Shown here in pieces: positions 53,001 to 62,807 of a stretch of DNA of 64,000 nucleotides. The notes under the pieces are model-generated. The model was not told where the DNA came from. It saw only the letters and a program-made list of their open reading frames with translations, and searched no databases. How positions within the stretch are numbered: position 1 is the first letter of the stretch; each line of letters starts with the position of its first letter. Both the position numbers and the translations under genes were made by a program. Origin of the DNA: Eledone cirrhosa. Its lineage: Eukaryota. The DNA lies in assembly GCA_964016885.1 (NCBI GenBank), contig OZ024752.1, positions 16,678,001 to 16,742,000 on the forward strand, read 5' to 3'.

Positions 53001-56000
53001 GGATCACTCTGATGTCAGCCGTGTGTGGTAGTCTGTCTAAGGGAAGGATCACTCTGATGTCAGCCGTGTGTGGTAGTCTGTGTAGGGGAAGGATCAATCT
53101 GATGTCAGCTGTGTGTGGTAGTCTGTCTCGGGGAAGGATCACTCTGATGTCAGTCGTGTATGGTAGTCTGTCTAGGGGAAGGATAACTCTGATGTCAGCT
53201 GTGTGTGGTAGTCTGTCTCGGGGAAGGATCACTCTGCTGTCAGCTGTGTGTGGCAGTCTGTCTAGGGGAAGGATCACTCTGATGTCAGCTGTGTGTGGTA
53301 GTCTGTCTAGGGGAAGGATCACTCTGATGTCAGCTGTGTGTGGCAGTCTGTCTAGGGGAAGGATCACTCTAATGTCAGCCGTGTGTGGTAGTCTGTCTAG
53401 GGGAAGGATCACTCTGATGTCAGCTGTGTGTGGTAGTCTGTCTAGGGGAAGGATCACTCTGATGTCAGCCGTGTGTGGTAGTCTGTCTAGGGGAAGGATC
53501 ACTCTGATGTCAGCTGTGTGTGGCAGTCTGTCTAGGGGAAGGATCACTCTGATGTCAGCCGTGTGTGGTAGTCTCTCTAGGGGAAGGATCACTATTATGT
53601 CAGCTGTGTGTGGACGTCTGTCTAGGGGAAGGATCACTCTGATGTCAGCCGTGTCTGGTAGTCCGTCTAGGGGAAGGATCACTCTGATGTCAGCTGTGTG
53701 TGGTAGTCTGTCTAGGGGAAGGATCACTCTGATGTCAGCTGTGTGTGGTAGTCTGTCTAGGGGAAGGATCACTCTGATGTCAGCCGTGTTTGGTAGTCTG
53801 TCTAGGGGAAGGATCACTCTGATGTCAGCCGTGTGTGGTAGTCTGTCTAGAGGAAGGATAACTCCGATGTCAGCCGTGTGTGGTAGTCTGTCTAGGGGAA
53901 GAATCACTCTGATGTCAGCTGTGTGTAGAAATCTGTCTAGGGGAAGGATCACTCTGATGTCAGCTGTGTGTGGCAGTCAGTCTAGGGGAAGGATCACTCT
54001 GATGTCAGCTGTGTGTGGTAGTCTGTCTAGGGGAAGGACCACTCTGATGTCAGCTTTGTGTGGTAGTCTGTCTCGGGAAAGGATCACTCTGATGTTAGTC
54101 GTGTGTGGTAGTCTGTCTAGGGGAAGAATCACTCTGATGTCAGCCGTGTGTGGTAGTCTGTCTAGGGGAAGGATCACTCTGATGTCAGCTGTGTGTGGCA
54201 GTCCGTCTCGGGAAAGGATCACTCTGATGTCAGTCGTGTGTGGTAGTCTGTCTAGTGGAAGGACCACTCTGATGTCAGCTGTGTGTGGTAGTCTGTCTAG
54301 GGGAAGGATCACTCTGATGTCAGCTGTGTGTGGCAGTCTCTCTAGGGGAAGGATCACTCTGATGTCAGCTGTGTGTGGTAGTCTGTCTAGGGGAAGGATC
54401 ACTCTGATGTCAGCTGTGTGTGGCAGTCTGTCTAGGGGAAGGATCACTCTGATGTCAGCCGTGTGTGGTAGTCTGTCTAGGGGAAGGATCACTCTGATGT
54501 CAGCTGTGTGTGGTAGTCTGTCTAGGGGAAGGATCACTCTGATGTCAGCTGTGTGTGGTAGTCTCTCTAGGGGAAGGATCACTCTGATGTCAGCTGTGTG
54601 TGGTAGTCTGTCTAGGGGAAGGATCACTCTGATGTCAGCTGTGTGTGGCAGTCTGTCTAGGGGAAGGATCACTCTAATGTCAGCCGTGTGTGGTAGTCTG
54701 TCTAGGGGAAGGATCACTCTGATGTCAGCTGTGTGTGGTAGTCTGTCTAGGGGAAGGATCACTCTGATGTCAGCCGTGTGTGGTAGTCTGTCTAGGGGAA
54801 GGATCACTCTGATGTCAGCTGTGTGTGGCAGTCTGTCTAGGGGAAGGATCACTCTGATGTCAGCCGTGTGTGGTAGTCTCTCTAGGGGAAGGATCACTAT
54901 TATGTCAGCTGTGTGTGGACGTCTGTCTAGGGGAAGGATCACTCTGATGTCAGCCGTGTCTGGTAGTCCGTCTAGGGGAAGGATCACTCTGATGTCAGCT
55001 GTGTGTGGTAGTCTGTCTAGGGGAAGGATCACTCTGATGTCAGCTGTGTGTGGTAGTCTGTCTAGGGGAAGGATCACTCTGATGTCAGCCGTGTTTGGTA
55101 GTCTGTCTAGGGGAAGGATCACTCTGATGTCAGCCGTGTGTGGTAGTCTGTCTAGAGGAAGGATAACTCCGATGTCAGCCGTGTGTGGTAGTCTGTCTAG
55201 GGGAAGAATCACTCTGATGTCAGCTGTGTGTAGAAATCTGTCTAGGGGAAGGATCACTCTGATGTCAGCTGTGTGTGGCAGTCAGTCTAGGGGAAGGATC
55301 ACTCTGATGTCAGCTGTGTGTGGTAGTCTGTCTAGGGGAAGGACCACTCTGATGTCAGCTTTGTGTGGTAGTCTGTCTCGGGAAAGGATCACTCTGATGT
55401 TAGTCGTGTGTGGTAGTCTGTCTAGGGGAAGAATCACTCTGATGTCAGCCGTGTGTGGTAGTCTGTCTAGGGGAAGGATCACTCTGATGTCAGCTGTGTG
55501 TGGCAGTCCGTCTCGGGAAAGGATCACTCTGATGTCAGTCGTGTGTGGTAGTCTGTCTAGTGGAAGGACCACTCTGATGTCAGCTGTGTGTGGTAGTCTG
55601 TCTAGGGGAAGGATCACTCTGATGTCAGCTGTGTGTGGCAGTCTCTCTAGTGGAAGGATCACTCTGATGTCAGCCGTGTGTGGTAGTCTCTCTAGGGGAA
55701 GGATCACTCTGATGTCAGCTGTGTGTGGTAGTCTGTCTAGGGGAAGGATCACTCTGATGTCAGCTGTGTGTGGCAGTCTGTCTAGGGGAAGGATCACTCT
55801 GATGTCAGCCGTGTGTGGTAGTCTGTCTAGGGGAAGGATCACTCTGATGTCAGCTGTGTGTGGTAGTCTGTCTAGGGGAAGGATCACTCTGATGTCAGCT
55901 GTGTGTGGTAGTCTGTCTCGGGGAAGGATCACACTGATGTCAGCCGTGTGTGGTAGTCTGTCTAGGGGAAGGATCACTCTGATGTCAGTCATGTGTGGTA

Positions 56001-58210
56001 GTCTGTCTAGGGGAAGGATCACTCTGATGTCAGCTGTGTGTGGTAGTCTGTCTAGGGGAAGGATCACTATGATGTCAGCCGTGTGTGGTAGTCTGTCTAG
56101 GGGAAGGATCACTCTGATGTCAGTCATGTGTAGTAGTCTGTCTAGGGGAAGGATCACTCTGATGTCAGCCGTGTGTGGTAGTCTGTCTAGGGGAAGGATC
56201 ACTCTGATGTCAGTCATGTGTGGTAGTCTGTCTAGGGGAAGGATCACTCTGATGTCAGCTGTGTGTGGTAGTCTGTCTAGGGGAATGATCACTCTGATGT
56301 CAGTCATGTGTAGTAGTCTGTGTAGGGGAAGGATCACTCTGATGTCAGCCGCGTGTGGTAGTCTGTCTAGGGGAAGGATCACTCTGATGTCAGCTGTGTG
56401 TGGTAGTCTGTCTAGGGGAAGGATCACTCTGATGTCAGCCGTGTGTGGTAGTCTGTCTAAGGGAAGGATCACTCTGATGTCAGCCGTGTGTGGTAGTCTG
56501 TCTAACGGTTGATCACTCTGATGTCAGCTGTGTGTGGCAGTCTGTCTAGGGGAAGGATTACTCTGATGTCAGCCGTGTGTGGTAGTCTGTCTAAGGGAAG
56601 GATCACTCTGATGTCAGCCGTGTGTGGTAGTCTGTCTAGGGGAAGGATCACTCTGATGTCAGCCGTGTGTGGTAGTCTGTCTAGGGGAAGGATCACTCTG
56701 ATGTCAGCCGTGTGTGGTAGTCTGTCTATGGGAAGGATCACTCTGATGTCAGCCGTGTGTGGTAGTCTGTCTAGGGGAAGGATCACTCTGATGTCAGCTG
56801 TGTGTGGCAGTCTGTCTAGGGGAAGGATCACTCTGATGTCAGCCGTGTGTGGTAGTCTCTCTAGGGGAAGGATCACTATTATGTCAGCTGTGTGTGGACG
56901 TCTGTCTAGGGGAAGGATCACTCTGATGTCAGCCGTGTCTGGTAGTCCGTCTAGGGGAAGGATCACTCTGATGTCAGCTGTGTGTGGTAGTCTGTCTAGG
57001 GGAAGGATCACTCTGATGTCAGCTGTGTGTGGTAGTCTGTCTAGGGGAAGGATCACTCTGATGTCAGCCGTGTTTGGTAGTCTGTCTAGGGGAAGGATCA
57101 CTCTGATGTCAGCCGTGTGTGGTAGTCTGTCTAGAGGAAGGATAACTCCGATGTCAGCCGTGTGTGGTAGTCTGTCTAGGGGAAGAATCACTCTGATGTC
57201 AGCTGTGTGTAGAAATCTGTCTAGGGGAAGGATCACTCTGATGTCAGCTGTGTGTGGCAGTCAGTCTAGGGGAAGGATCACTCTGATGTCAGCCGTGTGT
57301 GGTAGTCTCTCTAGGGGAAGGATCACTCTGATGTCAGCTGTGTGTGGTAGACTGTCTAGGGGAAGGATCACTCTGATGTCAGTTGTGTGTGGCAGTCTGT
57401 CTAGGGGAAGGATCACTATGATGTCAGCCGTGTGTGGTAGTCTGTCTAGGGGAAGGATCACTCTGATGTCAGCTGTGTGTGGTAGTCTGTCTAGGGGAAG
57501 GATCACTCTGATGTCAGCTGTGTGTGGTAGTCTGTCTAGGGGAAGGATCACTCTGATGTCAGCTGTGTGTGGTAGTCTGTCTAGGGGAAGGATCACTCTG
57601 ATGTCAGCTGTGTGTGGTAGTCTGTCTAGGGGAAGGACCACTCTGATGTCAGCTGTGTGTGGTAGTCTGTCTCGGGGAAGGATCACTCTGATGTCAGCCG
57701 TGTGTGGTAGTCTGTCTAGGGGAAGGATCACTCTGATGTCAGTCATGTGTGTTAGTCTGTCTAGGGGAAGGATCACTCTGATGTCAGCTGTGTGTGGTAG
57801 TCAGTCTAGGGGAAGGATCACTCTGATGTCAGCCGTGTGTGGTAGTGTGTCTAGGGGAAGGATCACTCTGATGTCAGTCATGTGTAGTAGTCTGTCTAGG
57901 GGAAGGATCACTCTGATGTCAGCCGTGTGTGGTAGTCTGTCTAGGGGAAGGATCACTCTGATGTCAGCCGTGTGTGGTAGTCTGTCTAGGGGAAGGATCA
58001 CTCTGATGTCTGCTGTGTGTGGTAGTCTGTCTAGGGGAAGGATCACCCTGATGTCAGCCGTGTGTGGTAGTCTGTGTAGGGGAAGGATCACTCTGATGTC
58101 AGCCGTGTGTGGTAGTCTGTCTAGGTGAAGGATCACCCTGATGTCAGCCGTGTGTGGTAGTCTGTCTCGGGGAAGCATCATTCTGATGTCAGCCATGTGT
58201 GGTAGTCTGT
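50042..58210. repeat. 45-bp-only satellite domain lacking the 44-bp TTATGGG allele
   Basis: No TTATGGG monomer was seen between ~49,975 and 58,210. Phase is kept throughout except for one net 1-bp loss at ~56,506 (TCTAACGGTTGATC). This produces the 856-, 1298- and 539-aa repeat ORFs. Confidence 0.9.
53270..55650. repeat. 1,305-bp-period (29-monomer) duplication, with a third partial copy at ~56,750-57,290 (ends approximate)
   Basis: Markers CTCTAATG (53,371/54,676), ACTATTATG...TGGACGTC and TAGAAATCTG (53,926/55,231/57,210). ORF offset 53977->55282 is 1,305. Confidence 0.88.
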
Positions 58211-58211
58211 T

Positions 58212-61200
58212 ATGGGAAGGATCACTCTGATGTCAGCCGTGTGTGGCAGTCTAGCTAGGGGAAGGATCACTCTGATGTCAGTCGTGTGTGGTAGTCTGTC
58301 TCGGGGAAGGATCACTCTGATGTCAGTCGTGTGTGGTAGTCTGTCTAGGGGAAGGATAACTCTGATGTCAGCTGTGTGTGGTAGTCTGTCTAAGGGAAGG
58401 ATCACTCTGATGTCAGCCGTGTCTGGTAGTCTGTCTAGGGGAAGGATCACTCTGATGTCAGTCATGTGTGGTAGTCTGTCTAGGGGAAGGATCACTCTGA
58501 TGTCAGCTGTGTGTGGTAGTCTGTCTAGGGGAAGGATCACTCTGATGTCAGCCGTGTGTGGTAGTCTGTCTAGGGGAAGGATCACTCTGATGTCAGTCAT
58601 GTGTGGTAGTCTGTCGAGGGGAAGGATCACTCTGATGTCAGCCGTGTGTGGTAGTCTGTCTAGGGGAAGGATCACTCTGATGTCCGCTGTGTGTGGTAGT
58701 CTGTCTAGTGGAAGGATCACCCTGATGTCAGCCGTGTGTGGTAGCCTGTCTAGGGGAAGGATCACTCTGATGTCAGCTGTGTGTGGTAGTCTGTCTAGGG
58801 GAAGGATCACTCTGATGTCAGCTGTGTGTGGTAGTCTGTCTCGGGGAAGGATCACTCTGATGTCAGTCGTGTGTGGTAGTCTGTCTAGGGGAAGGATAAC
58901 TCTGATGTCAGCTGTGTGTGGTAGTCTGTCTCGGGGAAGGATCACTCTGATGTCAGCCGTGTCTGGTAGTCTGTCTAGGGGAAGGATCACTCTGATGTCA
59001 GTCATGTGTGGTAGTCTGTCTAGGGGAAGTATCACTCTGATGTCAGCTGTGTGTGGTAGTCTGTCTAGGGGAAGGATCACTCTGATGTGAGCCGTGTGTA
59101 GTAGTCTGTCTAGGGGAAGGATCACTCTGATGTCAGTCATGTGTAGTAGTCTGTCTAGGGGAAGGATCACTCTGATGTCAGCCGTGTGTGGTAGTCTGTC
59201 TAGGGGAAGGATAAATCTGAAGTAAGCTGTGTGTGGTAGTCTGTCTCGGGGAAGGATCACTCTGATGTCATCCGTGTGTGGTAGTCTGTCTAAGGGAAGG
59301 ATCACTCTGATGTCCGCCGTGTGTGGTAGTCTGTCTAGGGGAAGGATCACTCTGATGTCAGCCGTGTGTGGTAGTCTGTCTACGGGAAGGATCACTCTGA
59401 TGTCAGCTGTCTGTGGCAGTCTGTCTAGGGGAAGGATCACTCTGATGTCAGCCGTGTGTGGTAGTCTGTCTAAGGGAAGGATCACTCTGATGTCAGCCGT
59501 GTGTGGTAGTCTGTCTAGGGGAAGGATCACTCTGATGTCAGCCGTGTGTGGTAGTCTGTCTAAGGGAAGGATCACTCTGATGTCAGCTGTGTGTGGCAGT
59601 CTGTCTAGGGGAAGGATCACTCTGACGTCAGCCGTGTGTGGTAGTCTGTCTAAGGGAAGGATCACTCTGATGTCAGCTGTGTGTGGTAGTCTGTCTAAGG
59701 GAAGGATCACTCTGATGTCAGCTGTGTGTGGTAGTCTGTCTAGGGGAAGGATCACTCTGATGTCAGCTGTGTGTGGCAGTCTGTCTAGGGGAAAGATCAC
59801 TCTGATGTCAGCCGTGTGTGGTAGTCTGTCTAGGGGAAGGATCACTCTGATGTCTGATATCAGCCGTGTGTGCTAGTCTGTCTAGGGGAAGGATCACTCT
59901 GATGTCAGCTGTGTGTGGCAGTCTGTCTAGGGGAAGGATCACTCTGATGTCAGCCGTGTGTTGTAGTCTGTCTAGGGGAAGGATCACTCTGATGTCAGCC
60001 GTGTCTGGTAGTACGTCTAGGGGAAGGATCACTCTGATGTCAGCCGTGTGTGGTAGTCTGTCTAGGGGAAGGATCACTCTGATGTCAGCCGTGTGTGGTA
60101 GTCTGTCTAGGGGAAGGATCACTCAGATGTCAGCCGTGTGTGGTAGTCTGTCTAAGGGAAGGATCACTCTGATGTCAGCCGTGTGTGGTAGTCGGTCTAG
60201 GGGAAGGATCACTCTGATGTCAGCCGTGTGTGGTAGTCTGTCTAGGGGAAGGTTCACTCTGATGTCAGCCGTGTGTGGTAGTCTGTCTAGGTGAAGGATC
60301 ACTCTGATGTCAGCTGTGTGTGGTAGTCTGTCTAGGGGAAGGATCACTCTGATGTCAGCCATGTGTGGTAGTCTGTTATGGGAAGGATCACTCTGATGTT
60401 AGCTGTGTGTGGTAGTCTGTTATGGGAAGGATCACTCTGATGTCAGCTGTGTGTGGTAGTCTGTTATGGGAAGGATCACTCTGATGTCAGCCATGTGTGG
60501 TAGTCTGTAATGGGAAGGATCACTCTGATGTCAGCCGTGTGTGGCAGTCTAGCTAGGGGAAGGATCACTCTGATGTCAGTCGTGTGTGGTAGTCTGTCTC
60601 GGGGAAGGATCACTCTGATGTCAGTCGTGTGTGGTAGTCTGTCTAGGGGAAGGATAACTCTGATGTCAGCTGTGTGTGGTAGTCTGTCTAAGGGAAGGAT
60701 CACTCTGATGTCAGCCGTGTGTGGTAGTCTGTCTAGGGGAAGGATCACTCTGATGTCAGTCATGTGTGGTAGTCTGTCTAGGGGAAGGATCACTCTGATG
60801 TCAGCTGTGTGTGGTAGTCTGTCTAGGGGAAGGATCACTCTGATGTCAGCCGTGTGTGGTAGTCTGTCTAGGGGAAGGATCACTCTGATGTCAGTCATGT
60901 GTGGTAGTCTGTCGAGGGGAAGGATCACTCTGATGTCAGCCGTGTGTGGTAGTCTGTCTAGGGGAAGGATCACTCTGATGTCCGCTGTGTGTGGTAGTCT
61001 GTCTAGTGGAAGGATCACCCTGATGTCAGCCGTGTGTGGTAGCCTGTCTAGGGGAAGGATCACTCTGATGTCAGCTGTGTGTGGTAGTCTGTCTAGGGGA
61101 AGGATCACTCTGATGTCAGCTGTGTGTGGTAGTCTGTCTCGGGGAAGGATCACTCTGATGTCAGTCGTGTGTGGTAGTCTGTCTAGGGGAAGGATAACTC

Positions 61201-62807
61201 TGATGTCAGCTGTGTGTGGTAGTCTGTCTCGGGGAAGGATCACTCTGATGTCAGCCGTGTCTGGTAGTCTGTCTAGGGGAAGGATCACTCTGATGTCAGT
61301 CATGTGTGGTAGTCTGTCTAGGGGAAGTATCACTCTGATGTCAGCTGTGTGTGGTAGTCTGTCTAGGGGAAGGATCACTCTGATGTGAGCCGTGTGTAGT
61401 AGTCTGTCTAGGGGAAGGATCACTCTGATGTCAGTCATGTGTAGTAGTCTGTCTAGGGGAAGGATCACTCTGATGTCAGCCGTGTGTGGTAGTCTGTCTA
61501 GGGGAAGGATAAATCTGAAGTAAGCTGTGTGTGGTAGTCTGTCTCGGGGAAGGATCACTCTGATGTCATCCGTGTGTGGTAGTCTGTCTAAGGGAAGGAT
61601 CACTCTGATGTCCGCCGTGTGTGGTAGTCTGTCTAGGGGAAGGATCACTCTGATGTCAGCCGTGTGTGGTAGTCTGTCTACGGGAAGGATCACTCTGATG
61701 TCAGCTGTCTGTGGCAGTCTGTCTAGGGGAAGGATCACTCTGATGTCAGCCGTGTGTGGTAGTCTGTCTAAGGGAAGGATCACTCTGATGTCAGCCGTGT
61801 GTGGTAGTCTGTCTAGGGGAAGGATCACTCTGATGTCAGCCGTGTGTGGTAGTCTGTCTAAGGGAAGGATCACTCTGATGTCAGCTGTGTGTGGCAGTCT
61901 GTCTAGGGGAAGGATCACTCTGACGTCAGCCGTGTGTGGTAGTCTGTCTAAGGGAAGGATCACTCTGATGTCAGCTGTGTGTGGTAGTCTGTCTAAGGGA
62001 AGGATCACTCTGATGTCAGCTGTGTGTGGTAGTCTGTCTAGGGGAAGGATCACTCTGATGTCAGCTGTGTGTGGCAGTCTGTCTAGGGGAAAGATCACTC
62101 TGATGTCAGCCGTGTGTGGTAGTCTGTCTAGGGGAAGGATCACTCTGATGTCTGATATCAGCCGTGTGTGCTAGTCTGTCTAGGGGAAGGATCACTCTGA
62201 TGTCAGCTGTGTGTGGCAGTCTGTCTAGGGGAAGGATCACTCTGATGTCAGCCGTGTGTTGTAGTCTGTCTAGGGGAAGGATCACTCTGATGTCAGCCGT
62301 GTCTGGTAGTACGTCTAGGGGAAGGATCACTCTGATGTCAGCCGTGTGTGGTAGTCTGTCTAGGGGAAGGATCACTCTGATGTCAGCCGTGTGTGGTAGT
62401 CTGTCTAGGGGAAGGATCACTCAGATGTCAGCCGTGTGTGGTAGTCTGTCTAAGGGAAGGATCACTCTGATGTCAGCCGTGTGTGGTAGTCGGTCTAGGG
62501 GAAGGATCACTCTGATGTCAGCCGTGTGTGGTAGTCTGTCTAGGGGAAGGTTCACTCTGATGTCAGCCGTGTGTGGTAGTCTGTCTAGGTGAAGGATCAC
62601 TCTGATGTCAGCTGTGTGTGGTAGTCTGTCTAGGGGAAGGATCACTCTGATGTCAGCCATGTGTGGTAGTCTGTTATGGGAAGGATCACTCTGATGTTAG
62701 CTGTGTGTGGTAGTCTGTTATGGGAAGGATCACTCTGATGTCAGCTGTGTGTGGTAGTCTGTTATGGGAAGGATCACTCTGATGTCAGCCATGTGTGGTA
62801 GTCTGTA
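58212..62807. repeat. 2,298-bp (51-monomer) tandem duplication, 58,212-60,509 and 60,510-62,807
   Basis: ORF offsets 58178->60476, 59229->61527, 59808->62106 and 60123->62421 are all 2,298. One difference was noticed (58,423 C vs 60,721 G). 51x45+7-4=2,298 fits one 52-mer and four 44-mers. Confidence 0.93.
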
